Source of the DNA: Octopus bimaculoides
Taxonomy: Eukaryota
Assembly (NCBI RefSeq): GCF_001194135.2
Contig: NC_068993.1
Location: 47,869,056-47,913,579 of the forward strand
Direction of reading: 5' to 3'
Length of the DNA: 44,524 nt
In this document: one piece after another, positions 1 to 12,114 of the stretch
Layout of the letters: each line of letters opens with the position of its first letter
How positions within the stretch are numbered: the stretch's first letter is position 1
The notes under the pieces: model-generated
Databases searched by the model: none
Told to the model about the DNA's origin: nothing
Seen by the model: only the letters and a program-made list of their open reading frames with translations
Made by a program: the position numbers and the translations under genes

Positions 1-379
1 ATATATTAATATATATATATATATATAAACAAATAGTAAATGAGTATATGCATTTATACGTACAGGTATGTGCATATCTGGGTACAGGACATTGCAAACA
101 AAACGTAGACGAGAAAACACACAAGCCACATAGAGAACATTCTACTTCATCAGCTACCCACGTTTTAACACCGGGGTTTCGAAGAGCTTGGGCACGACGC
201 ATCGTTAAAACGGCTCATCCCATGGACCGCAGATTAAATTTGTATACGCAAATTAAATCTTGCCATGGAGGAATGTAGTGGCGGACAAAAAAACAAGACA
301 GGAAAACAAACAGAAAAGGCTTTTCGGCCAGGCGAGAAAAATTATGTGCGTATGAACGCTGTGGGGCACGAACTTGATA

Positions 380-380
<1 letters not shown>

Positions 381-413
<33 letters not shown>

Positions 414-468
414 CATGTATAAATTTGTGTGTGAGTCTGTGCGTGTGTATATATTTGTGTGTGTTAGA

Positions 469-520
<52 letters not shown>

Positions 521-558
521 TCTCACACACACACACACACACGCACGCACACGCGCTC

Positions 559-599
<41 letters not shown>

Positions 600-600
600 A
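381..600. repeat. Compound microsatellite (TATG)n/(AT)n/(CA)n/(GATA)n
   Basis: Simple tandem repeats visible directly in the sequence. Confidence 0.95.
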
Positions 601-1439
601 AGCAATACAGATAGAAAGGCATTGGCTGACATATCGAAGGTTAGATATAAATATATTTATCTATACATGATTCGCTGTATATATATATGCCCATACAAGC
701 ATACGTGCATATATTTGCATGTGCGTGAGTTTTAGAGAGTAAATAGGAATCCTTAATAGGACTGATGGAAGGATGGATCTAGATTTTGGCTTCTTTATCG
801 ACGTACACATTGTATACACCAGCACTTTCGTGCACGAAAATATGCATGTATATATGGATATGTATATACGTATAATTGCATATATGTATATATGTACGTA
901 TACATATATCTATTCACATATATATGTGTATTTACATATATGTATGTATATATACATATAAATCTTCCATAAGTACACACACGTATTATACTTAGACGTA
1001 CACCCGTATGTATGCATGTATGTATGCATGTACGTACAATGTTGAATTTGCCAACGTAATCATGTCATTCACCCAATTACTGCTGTATTAACAGTTAATA
1101 TCGTAGCAACGTATAGCGAATATATATATTAATTGTATGTACAGCAGTTAATTGATCCACGTTTTTTTACCTTCAATTTGCTATCTACGCATTTACATGT
1201 AAAATATTTTTATTTTTAATTTACACACTTTCACTGTTAATTACTTATCACACCATAGCGTATGCGAATGAATTAATTAATTTAGTATGCGAAAATCTGT
1301 CTAACGTCGCTGTAAAATAATCTCTAAATATCGACCTGTAGAAAGCAATACGATATCAGCTCATTCAACTGTATTTCTTGTTGCATTCAAGCACGTAATA
1401 TGACGGAAAAGTGAGATTATCTTCTATCTTTCACGTTTT

Positions 1440-1500
1440 TCAATTACTGGACATCGCCCATGCTGGAGCACCACCTTGAAATTCTCAATCGAATAAATTA
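1440..1500 (-). mobile_element. Fragment of a SINE family A-type 3' tail
   Basis: CCCATGCTGGAGCACCACCTT matches the GGCCATGCTGGAGCACCGCCTT tail seen in the full copies at 3681 and 9926. Confidence 0.55.
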
Positions 1501-1857
1501 AATTAGGTAATTATTATACTTTATCAGTTTTCCTTTGGGGAAAGGGTACCATGCAGGAGCGGAAAGAAACGGACGCTTGATGGCAAGTGGTAGTGGGAGT
1601 CTAAAACAAAAGTAAGCACGAACACACACATGCCTAGGCATATATATATATATACATATATATATAGGTGTGTGTGTGTGAGTGGGTGTATATAGATATA
1701 TATATATATATATACATATATACATATACAAACAAACAAACAAACACACACACACACACAAATATAAATCCCAAAGGAACAAACACAAAAAAAAACAACG
1801 CGATGACGCGCCACATGTAATGTATTAGTAGATGCTAAGGAAAGGAAAGAAATATGG

Positions 1858-1891
1858 TTTAACGTTTCGAGCAGACGCTCTTCTTCGGAAA
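1858..1891 (-). ncRNA. Minimal hammerhead-ribozyme-like motif (Penelope-like type), probably degenerate
   Basis: Minus strand reads UUU-CCGAAGA-A-GAGC(GUCU)GCUC-GAAA-CG-U-U-AAA. It has a perfect 4-bp stem II, GAAA and a palindromic AACGUU stem III. It also has a U4C core variant, one extra A and only a 3-bp stem I. Confidence 0.4.
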
Positions 1892-2069
1892 TGGGACGAC
1901 GGAGGAAGAAAATCGCCAGCGATTCACATGTGGTTACATTTTGAAATGACCGGAACGGAATGGGTGAAGAAAAATATTCTTTCTAACACAAGAGAGTGTA
2001 AGAGAAGGAGGTATATACGCTTATATGTGAGTATGTGCGTGCGCACAGATCTGTGTATGTGCAATAGCA

Positions 2070-2912
2070 CGTGTGTGTCTGTGTATCTGTTGTGTGTGTG
2101 TGCGTGTGTGGTTTTGGCTGTTTATATGTGTGTGTGACTGAACTTTGTGTCGCTTACTGTTGTAGGAAGAATTTGGTAGTAGGCGTGGCTGTCTTATGTG
2201 TAGTGTGTTTCTTCACATGCGCGGAGGGGAATGGTCAGTATAAAGGTGTTTGATTGGCACTTTTAAATATATGTGTGTATGTACTTCTGTGTATGTACAT
2301 GTTCTCTGTGTGTGATTTGTTTGTAGTGTGTGCATGCATCTGTGTGTGTGCGTTTGTGTGTATTTATGTGTGTGTATGTGTGTGTGAGTGGAGTTGTGTG
2401 TGTGTTTGTGTCTGTGGAGTATATTTATGAGTGTGTTGTGTGGGGGATGTATCTGTGACTTCATATGTATATGCGTGTGTATGTGTGTGCGTTTGCATAT
2501 ATGTGTGTGCGTGTGTGCGCGTGAGAGTGTATGTTCGTTTGTACATATGTATGCGTGTATATTTGTGTGTGCATGTGTGTATGCGTGCGTATGTATGTGT
2601 GCTCATGTATGTGTGTGTGAACGAAGGGTTGTGTGTGGAGGTATGTTTGTTGTGTGCATGTATGCGCATGCGTGCGTATGTGTATGTGCGTGCGTGTGTA
2701 TGTATGGGTGTGTGCGGGTATGTATATGATGTGTGTGTGTGCGGGTATGTATATGATGTGTGTGTGTATGTGTGTGTTTGTATGTGTATGCGTTTGTATG
2801 TGTGTGTGTATGTGCGTGGGTTGTACGTGAGGTTGTGTCTGTGGAGTATATGTGCGTTTCTCTGTGTGCATGCCTGTGTGTGTGGTTGTGCGTACGTGTG
2901 TGCGTGTGTTAA
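2070..2912. repeat. Long degenerate (TG)n/(TGTA)n tract with a local ~27-bp tandem duplication at about 2708-2765
   Basis: TG-rich low-complexity sequence; GTGTGTGCGGGTATGTATATGATGTGTGT occurs twice in tandem. Confidence 0.9.
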
Positions 2913-3680
2913 GCGCGCGTCCGTGGAAGCAAGGGAAGCAATTATAGAGACAAAATTATAGAAACAAAATTGAAAATATATTATTTATTTTTCATAAGGT
3001 CGTTCTTCTAACCTTCTGTAAAATTAATGTAAACTACGTGACGTCATAGGTTTGAGACTTTTATTGTCGGAATTAGCTTGAGATGACAAGCAGTGGCAGA
3101 CGACACAATATATCCGTGCAAGGGAAGCAACACGAGCTGTTGCAGGCCTTTCGCTGTAATATTTTAACATTGTTCCGATAAAAATGCCACAAAGACATTT
3201 TTTTTTTCTAGTAAAAGCTGATAAATACTTATACGCTTAGATTAAGTTTCTGTCAATTCGTAAAACCTATGATATATATAATCTTACGCTGTCATGTAAC
3301 ACTTACATGGTAAAAGGGGAGCAAGCTGACATACTTCCATCAGAAAAACGGTGGAAATATAACACGCGCGTAGTTTTCTGCATTTATTCGACTAATAGCT
3401 TATACTTTTCCAAATTAGAGAACACCCTGTTTCTGTTCATTGTTTGGCCCATATATTAAATCTAGTTCTGTCGCAAGCTGCTGAAAATGTTCAAGAAAGG
3501 GATAAGTTTTTTTCACAGATAAAGTCTTTTTCGATATTTTATTGTAAGTCGATGAAATGCGGGTATCTATTAGATATTGAAATTAAAAAGGTTTTTTTTC
3601 AAAAGTGGTGCTAACTCGCTGGAACATGTGCATATATGTATGTATGTATGCATGTATGTGTGCACGGGTGCATGTATGTA

Positions 3681-3909
3681 TTGACTACGGCCATGCTGGA
3701 GCACCTCGTTAAGGGATCTTTAGTCGAAGAAATCGACTACAAGATTTATTTTTTAAGTTCAGTGATTATTCTATCCGTCCATTTCACAGAACCGCTAATT
3801 TATGGGGACATCAACACACCAACACAAGTTGTCAAGCGGTGATGGAGGGGACAAACGCAGACACAAAGACACATACACATAAATACACACTCGCCCGTGC
3901 ACATATACA

Positions 3910-3941
<32 letters not shown>

Positions 3942-4093
3942 GACGACAGGCTTCTCTCAGTTTCTGTCTACCAAATCCTCTCACAAGGCTTTGGTCGGCC
4001 CGTTGTTATAGTAGTACAAGGTGCCACACGGTGGGACTGAACCGGGAACCACTTCGTTGGGAAGCAAGTTACTTGCCATAAAGTCACCCCTGC
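3681..4093 (-). mobile_element. SINE family A, full length (tRNA-derived head, CORE-like central segment, internal microsatellite)
   Basis: Collinear with the copies at 5368, 9926, 20177 and 28649. The B-box-like GGTTCCCGGTTCAGTCCC and the tail GCTCCAGCATGGCCG are on the minus strand. There is a small deletion in the CORE-like part. Confidence 0.9.
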
Positions 4094-4399
4094 GCATATA
4101 TCTAAACACGTATATAAAGTTGTCATAATTAAGTGAAACGAAACAGAGATATTTTGAAATTGTAAACGTACGTTTCAGGTCTACCTCATCCGATTCGCAC
4201 GTACACACACACACACACACAAACATCCACACACACGCACACATACAAACACACATACACACACATACACACGCATACACACATGATAAACAGATATATA
4301 GATATGGATATGGATATGTAGAGAGAGATACAGACATACCGTCAGACAGACAGTCAAACAGAAAGACAGATAGGCAGAAACGCGATGACGAGATTCTAC

Positions 4400-4510
4400 A
4401 CAGTTCCCATCTATCAAGACCACTCAGTAGGATTTGGTTCTATTGTAGAAGATGCTCGCCCAAGATGTTGTGCGAAGAGGCTGAACTCAAATCAACGTGA
4501 TTGAAAATGC
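4400..4510 (-). mobile_element. Old degenerate SINE family A head/CORE fragment
   Basis: CAGTTCCCATCTATCAAGACCACTCA...TGTAGAAGATGCTCGCCCAAG aligns loosely to the family A sequence CAGTTTCCGTCTACCAAATCCACTCA...AGTAGAAGACACTTGCCCAAG. Confidence 0.6.
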
Positions 4511-5367
4511 AGCCATTCCTATTCTTCTTCGAAATTTCGCATTGTTATTTCTTCGTATAGGATAGATTTACATTCTATGATATACTTCCTAGCATACTCT
4601 TGAAAGTTTTACATAATTATTTTGTCGCACAGAAAATGACTATCAAAAGATCTCTTACGCCCAGTGCACTCTAAAATATTTTCTTATTCATTATATCACA
4701 ATAATGCAGAATATTGTTATCATGCTCGATGTTATGGTGCACGTGGAAATTAAAAATGTAACTACGTGAATATGAACATTAAATTAAAATTATCTCTGAA
4801 TTATTATCATTTTCTTTTTACATTTCAGTTCGGATTTTTTCAACGTAGCTATGATCGGTATATGTTACGCTGTTGTCTCTATAGATAACGCTATCAAGAC
4901 GCTATGATTTCTGTAAAAATTCCAAGTTCAATATTGCGTTAACTTTGCTCCTAAGCACATACGCACAAACATATATATGAGTTCATTTGTATACATGCAT
5001 ACACGCACACATGCATGCACACATGCGTACATACGTACGTATATAAATACATGCATACAAATGTATATAATTTAATTACAAACCTCATATTTTCTTGATG
5101 TTTTCTTTTCATGTTCGCCTAAAATATCAGTTCATTTATACACTCGCAATGTATGTCGCTGATACAGCAAAATTAAATGATGTCGTTGGAATGTCTCGAA
5201 ATCCTGATGAGAGTTCTCTGACAAGCAATGGAAAATGGCGCAATAATTATGGGTGTCATTTACCTATTGTTTTACGTGTTCCTTTTGCCGTGTCCCTGTG
5301 CTAAATTTTAACTACTTAGAAGTTCATCCGTGTGTTTGAATGAAAATAAATATAAGAATTAGGCAGA

Positions 5368-5535
5368 GGCGTGGCTGTGTGGTAACAAGCTTGCTTGTCA
5401 AACACCTGGTTTTGGGTCGAATCCCACAGAGTGGTACCTTGGGCAAATGTCTTTTACTGTAGCCTCAGGCCGACAAAAACTTTGTGAATGTACTTTGTAG
5501 ACGGAAACTGAAAATAGAGTGATAGATAGATAGAC

Positions 5536-5607
<72 letters not shown>

Positions 5608-5762
5608 GTACATGTATATGTTTGAGTGTGTTTTTCACTGGTCCCCGTAAATTAGCGGTTCGGCTAAAGGGAACGATAGAATAAGTCCTGGGGTAGATTT
5701 TCTCGATTAAAAGCAATGCTCCAGCATGGCCGCAGTCGACCGACTGAAAAAATAAAAGAATA
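5368..5762 (+). mobile_element. SINE family A, full length, internal (GATA)n expansion
   Basis: A-box-like TGGCTGTGTGG, B-box-like GGGTCGAATCCC, CORE-like CCTTGGGCAAATGTCTTTTACTGTAGCCTC, and tail GCTCCAGCATGGCCGCAGTC. Confidence 0.92.
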
Positions 5763-6876
5763 CTCTTCTATCTATCAAGATATTCGGCTCATCGACTACT
5801 AGTTCACCATAGCCTTTTCCAAGTGCTATGAAGAAAATGATATTCGGCCCCATTTCATTGGCTGACCTATATGTCTATATAGATTTTGCATAGACTAATT
5901 TACAAGACAGCCACAATACTGATAGTCTGATAAATCACAATGATGGATGAAACAATTTGTTCAAAGAAAATGGGTTTTAGAAGTGAAACTATCAAAGGGA
6001 AGTAATTTAAATGTGTCAGTGAAAAGTATTTATGTTCAAAATTGAAATTGGTAATGGAAGTTGTCCAAAAAAACGATATAACTTCAGTATAAACACATAA
6101 AAGAATTCGTATAAGGTAAATGAATTCTAGTGTTACTAAGGTGATTCAAATACTCTAGGGATAATATATGTCACCGTAGGATAGAGAACAAGGTTTTGGA
6201 GGCTGCTGAATGAATTTGAACCTAATTGACAGAGAAAATGACGCAAAATATTTTGTCCGGCGTGCTAACAATTCTGCCATGTCATTGCTTTTACTAGTTA
6301 AATAAAAAAGACATTTGAGTACCGTCCTGCTTTGTAACATGCGAATGAAATTTCTATTCCAGTTCATGCACAACGGTTGTAAAAGTTAGCATGTTTGCAA
6401 ATGTTTTTAAAAAAGATAACTTAAGCTGGCTGAATATATAATCTCTAAATCTTGTGTTAAAAGAAAGAAACATCGTCTCCTTCCCTAAAGAGAAAAAAAA
6501 AATCCATATTACAGATTTCAAACACGTTGCTGTTGCAGATGCATGTCAATTCGAAACCTGTTGAACACCTGTATCATGAAATTTCAGCATGAAACTAGCT
6601 GCATAAAGTTAACATGCAGGGAAAGATTTCAAATAACTTGCTTGACTATCTAATTGATTAATTATACTTAGTTTCTATTTTGATAAATCCCGTTTCAATT
6701 ATGAAGGACAACATGGAAGACTAATTCGTGTTTTAGTGATTTTATAAGTGGATGAATCACAAGTAAATGATGTAGAGAAACACGTCTTAACGTAGTAATT
6801 GATAATGAATGTGCAGCTACGTTTTATGAATCCTGTCGTTTCAATTATACAGGCTGGACATTCAATCAATACTTAC

Positions 6877-6983
6877 CTTTGTTGGTTTCGCTCGCTGACA
6901 AATTTTCATATCTTTATGAACGTGTTTCAAACATTCTTTGACTACATCCAGACTTGCTTCAATATAATTTAGGATGGATTTAC
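6877..6983 (-). other. Candidate exon (107 nt), possibly coding
   Basis: Strong donor AAG|GTAAGT after 6877 and an AG acceptor with a weak pyrimidine tract. One frame is open: (G)KSILNYIEASLDVVKECLKHVHKDMKICQRAKPTK. No family recognised. Confidence 0.25.
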
Positions 6984-7202
6984 CTACATATGTGTCTGTG
7001 TGTGTATGCATATATGTATACACCTAAACATTGCATACGTTGGCAGGGTAACCTTTACTATGTAGTAACTCTTCTTTCTGTTTTTATTTCAGGCCAATAT
7101 TGAGAGACTAATAGTTGTTACACACCGTCACTGATTTCTTGCCGAAGAAGGGTTGTAGCGTGTCCAACATCCACAGATATATATACGCTTTATTTTTTGT
7201 AG

Positions 7203-7343
7203 ATACAACCCCTGACAATTACAATGGACAACGCACTTTACAGAAGTGCACGCTAACATTGAAGACACACCAGGCAATGAAGTCTATTAAGTGACAACTG
7301 CGGAGAATAGCCAAAGAGAAGACGAACTGATTCGCGCTGACCG
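7203..7343 (+). other. Candidate non-coding exon (lncRNA or UTR)
   Basis: Acceptor TTTATTTTTTGTAG| and donor CCG|GTAAGT. All three frames contain stops. Confidence 0.25.
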
Positions 7344-7985
7344 GTAAGTTACAATTAATCACCTTGTTGTACAACTGGGCAGGGTTTTAATGTTTTGGTA
7401 AAAATGGCGACAATGTCTATCATAAAGTCTGTGCAAACTTGACATCAGGTTTCAAAGAGAGATGAACGTCTCGCTCCTGTATATACCATATTTTTAACAA
7501 GTGTATGCAAAGCATTGTCTCAAACAATTCTACAGCATTCTGCCTTTAAATTATGCGTATGCATTGCGTACGGTACACAGAAATGTTATTCTCTCCTTCT
7601 GACAAACATTCTCAATTATTTCACTTTTAATCTTCTGTGATAATAGCTTCTAAAGATTAGATGATTCAGCGTGTTCGTGATCGATATGCCTCTATAGAAG
7701 GAGCCCAAGCAACCTTACAGTTTATAAATAACAGATGGTGACAAATGGGATGTCTTTGATTGCAGATCCGGTTGATGTAAGTTAGAATGGATTACAACGA
7801 TAACGAACTGTTTGTAAATATTTGTATGGAATTCCAGAAACTTAAATCTTAGTCTTTGCTCAATCGATGATAATCTGGATTTCTTGTACTTTACTTCGAA
7901 ATTTTGTCTGTCTCTAGAATCTTTTCTATCTCGAATTAGAAAATATTCGAAATATAGATTATTCGTTTATTCATTTCTTTCAATC

Positions 7986-8233
7986 TTTTACTTGTATCAG
8001 TCATTGCACTGTGGCCAGGTTAGGACACCGCTTTACACGGATTAGTCGGGTGAAGAGCAAGTCCATTACACACCATCTCCACGTACTTCACAGTTTCGTT
8101 CTTTTATAAGTCCTGAACGAAAAAAAAACCCAAATTTGACCTTGGGTAAATTTGAACTCAGAACATAAAAGACCAGATAAAATTCCGTTTAGTGTTTACT
8201 CCGACGTGCCAACGGTTCCGCTAACTCGCCGCC
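7986..8233 (-). mobile_element. Degenerate SINE: family B head (8140-8233) followed by a family A-type tail (7986-8052)
   Basis: TTTGAACTCAGAAC...TCGCCGCC matches the family B head. CAGTCATTGCACTGTGGCCAGGTTAGGACACCGCTTT resembles the family A tail. Confidence 0.6.
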
Positions 8234-8482
8234 ATATCAACAATAATATTAATAATAACAAAAAGAACAAAAGAAAATGTTATGTAGCATTCATATGCAC
8301 ACACAACTAAAAAACGTTCGCAAACGATTTTGTCACCTCTTTTGTCAGTAAATGATAGCTCCAATACAGAGAAGCTCCCAAGTCGGCTATGCATGCAACA
8401 TAAACCACCCATTCACCTCAGAATTCAGAACTTGTCATTTGAACAAGACATTCCACTTTTGCAATAGACGACGTTTTCATAC

Positions 8483-8519
8483 CTTGACCATGTTCCACTG
8501 GGATTCTTTCTTACTACAG
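8483..8519 (-). other. Candidate 37-nt exon
   Basis: Acceptor CTTCTTTTCTTTTACTGTCTGCAG| and donor AAG|GTATGA on the minus strand. It is not phase-compatible with the 6877-6983 candidate in an open frame. Confidence 0.2.
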
Positions 8520-8654
8520 CTGCAGACAGTAAAAGAAAAGAAGTTGTCACCTTATAAACAAATACCGCTGACTCGACTGTACACGACACAAGAAAATTAC
8601 ACAAATACATGCTCATATTGTTATTGCTGTCTTTGTTGTGACATACACACAAAC

Positions 8655-8662
8655 AAACACAG

Positions 8663-8726
<64 letters not shown>

Positions 8727-8932
8727 NNNNNNNNNNNNNNNNNNNNNNNNNNNNNNNNNNNNNNNNNNNNNNNNNNNNNNNNNNNNNNNNNNNNNNNNNN
8801 NNNNNNNNNNNNNNNNNNNNNNNNNNNNNNNNNNNNNNNNNNNNNNNNNNNNNNNNNNNNNNNNNNNNNNNNNNNNNNNNNNNNNNNNNNNNNNNNNNNN
8901 NNNNNNNNNNNNNNNNNCACACACATACACAT

Positions 8933-8993
<61 letters not shown>

Positions 8994-9085
8994 TGTATGT
9001 ATGTATGTATGTGGGTTGGTAGGTAGATAGATAGATAGGCAGGTATATAAATATAGAGATAGATGATTTGTTAGATAGATAGGTC

Positions 9086-9117
<32 letters not shown>

Positions 9118-9120
9118 TAA
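8655..9120. repeat. (CA)n / N gap / (AT)n(TATG)n(GATA)n compound microsatellite
   Basis: Simple repeats flanking an assembly gap. Confidence 0.95.
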
Positions 9121-9399
9121 CTATGCATATATATTATTGTGGCTGATGTTGTTGGTGATGATGATATTGGTGGTAGTGGTGGTGGTGATAGGGCAGGAAT
9201 GGGGTACTGGTGCTGGTGGTGTCGCTAATGATGCTGAAGATAATCTCGTCCCGTTTCATCTTTTCATTTATCATTTTCGAAAAATCTCCATTTTCCTACA
9301 TGTTTTATTTCCGTATGTTCTCTCGCTCATCCTTTTACTCCTCTTTCCCCCCACCTGATCCTCCTGCTCCTCCTCTTCCACCTCCTCATCCCTCTACTA

Positions 9400-9429
9400 C
9401 TACTACTACTACTACTACTNNNNNNNNNN

Positions 9430-9472
<43 letters not shown>

Positions 9473-9647
9473 AACTGCTGCTACTGCTGCCGCTGCTGCT
9501 GCCGCTGCTGCTGTACTACTACTAATACTACAACAACTACTATTACTACTACTGCCACCACCACCACCATTGCGAACACAACCATCATTAACAACACAAT
9601 CTTAGTCGTCATCGACATCATCATCACTACAGTCATTGTCATCATCG

Positions 9648-9704
<57 letters not shown>

Positions 9705-9730
9705 CACTCACCATCATCATCATCATAATC
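9400..9730. repeat. Compound trinucleotide tract (CTA)n,(CTG)n,(CAT)n
   Basis: Simple repeats visible directly. Confidence 0.95.
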
Positions 9731-9925
9731 TTCACCGTCATAGTCGTGGTCGTCACACTTCTCTTCACATCCTCCTTATGGTAACAATGATTTAGCTACT
9801 CGCTTTTGGTGCCTATGTAGTCACAAGCTAGCATAAACACCATCTTGGTACTCCCAGGTTATCCAATGAAACACCTCGGAAGTGATAACTGAATGGATGT
9901 TGGTATATAAAACTCAGCTGGTACT

Positions 9926-10355
9926 TACTCTTTACTCTTTACTCTTTACTCTTTACTCTTTACTCTTTTTCTTGTTTCAGTCATTTGACTGCGGCCATGC
10001 TGGAGCACCGCCTTTAGTCGAACAAATCGACCCCAGGACTTATTCTTTGGAAGCCTAGTACTTATTATTTCGGTCTCTTTTGCCGAACCGCTAAGTTACG
10101 GGGACGTAAACACACCGGCATCGGTTGTCAAGCGATGGTAGGGGGACAAACACAGACACACAAACATATATATATATATATATACATATATACGACGGGC
10201 TTCTTTCAGTTTCCGTCTACCAAATCCACTCACAAGGCTTTGGTTGGCCCGAGGCTATAGTAAAAGACACTTGCCGAAGGTGCCATGCAGTGGGACTGAA
10301 CCCAGAACCATGTGGTTCGTAAGCAAGCTACTTACCACACAGCCACTCCTACGCC
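9926..10355 (-). mobile_element. SINE family A, full length and young-looking, with (AAAGAGT)n 3' tail
   Basis: Intact head GGCGTAGGAGTGGCTGTGTGGTAAG...GGGTTCAGTCCC, CORE-like segment, and a tail ending in about 6 copies of a 7-mer (ACTCTTT on the plus strand). Confidence 0.95.
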
Positions 10356-11434
10356 TATAAATATGGTGCACTTTACGTAGATAGTTTTGGAGAGTTTTAG
10401 TGAGATTTGGATGTGGTATCATAATATGAATTAGACAGCAAGGCTCTTAAAGGTCTCATGAATTACCAAACGATACATGTATTATTCAAATGCCCCTTGT
10501 TGATAGAATGAAATCGCTAGACCTTCTCCGTAGCGCAGCATCAACTTCTGGAGTGCCGATGTAATCAATTTAATATATTTATTATCGATATATGGCAGTC
10601 GTGAATATTGGTACTCTGCAACATTCAGATAAGATATATAATAATGCATTGCTTTCACATATGTCTATAGAGCTGTGGCGTATACACTTTAGCCCAAGGA
10701 AAGGTTATCAAGTTGAATGGCATAAATGCACGCACAACACACCCTGAGCTTTTCCCAAAGTGTGCTTTCCCATCTATCTGCTGTTTGATCGTTGTCTTTT
10801 CTTATAACGCCCCCTGTTCACGAGAGCTGTCGCTTGCCTCTTCTGTTCAGTGGTTCACGACCCAATCATCATTTGAGTTCACACTAAGCGCTACAGCATA
10901 CCTTCTCAAAATTCCAGTCTTCTGAAACTTCCTTCTTGTTCACATCTTCCAGCGGGTGTTGAATTAAAATTCAACAAGGCCATGAATTTCCCCAGCCTCA
11001 TAGATCTTAACAAAACATTGATGAGTGCCCATTCTTAAAATCTTAAAAGAAGAAACAGTTATATAAATAAAAGTAACCCGAGAAAGTATGAAGCTCCACA
11101 AAGCTAGTAAGATTTATGATTGATGAATAACGGTTAAAATATCATCCACTCCAACAATCTATTATTTAAGATTATGGATCGTCTTTTCTATCACATTCTG
11201 TTGATAATACTTGTCAATTGTTTCACACGTTTCACGGTGATGAAGCTCAAAGCTAACGTAAATATTGTTTAGGTAACTGCTATCCATCATAGAGTACACC
11301 TATGTGCAAAGACATTTGAAATTTTATTTCTAACATAGTGTATCTTGGACATGTTACTTACAATTTCACTTAAACTGCAATCTCCCAAAAATCCATATTT
11401 ACGACCGCAGATTGGATCTATTTTTCTACCAATG

Positions 11435-11462
11435 TATTCGGTCGTCCGATAAGTTCGTTCGC
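11435..11462 (+). mobile_element. Possible isolated Tc1/mariner terminal inverted repeat remnant
   Basis: TA-TTCGGTCGTCCGATAAGTTCGTTCG resembles mariner-type TIRs (from memory). No partner end was seen. Confidence 0.2.
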
Positions 11463-12114
11463 TTTTCCATACTTCTCATTACACCATGGTATGTATGGAA
11501 AGAGGCAAGATATATGTTGACATTTCAAAAGCGATAAACAAAAGTTGTACAGGAAGAATCGATTTGCATAAAATGTAAAAGATTTTGTGTCAATTTTCGT
11601 GTTATTTCATATAATATTGGAAAGTATTAAAAGAGACGGTAAAAACCAAATAAATATATCCAACAGGCCAATATATACGAATACGTTAACAAATGTGTCC
11701 TTCCTCTTTTGTAACACTCAAAAGTGATTAGAGCAATATTTGACTGCTAGCTCTAGAAAGTCGAGTATATGTATTAGCATCTAAAAATTCAAGTGCGTAT
11801 ATGCAGTATTTCAATATGACGATTTGAGTGTTAAACAGAACAGCGGAAAACATTTTCATCCAGAACTACGCATTCGTTTTTGGCAGTTAATTACATTCAA
11901 CAGTAACACACGCGTGATGTGTCGTTTTATAGCAACAAGGCAAACAGCAGCAAAAATTACAAATAACGAAAATTGCATTCTTTTCTGAAATCTTGGAAAC
12001 CCTGAGTCATGAGTCATAAGATAGACAGACAAATAAACGATTTCCATCAAAAATATAAATTGCTCAGAGAGAATAATTCTAGCTATTTTCTGCTTTATTT
12101 ATTCATTTCTTTTT

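Noticed and set aside
145-180. Minus-strand GAAACCC...GGGUA-G-CUGAUGA, resembling a type II hammerhead
   Set aside because: There is only 1 nt between the cleavage triplet and CUGAUGA, so no stem I can form, and no stem II partner exists.
5190-5230. CTGATGAGAGTTCTCTGACA on the plus strand
   Set aside because: A short stem follows CUGAUGA but there is no GAAA or stem III in register.
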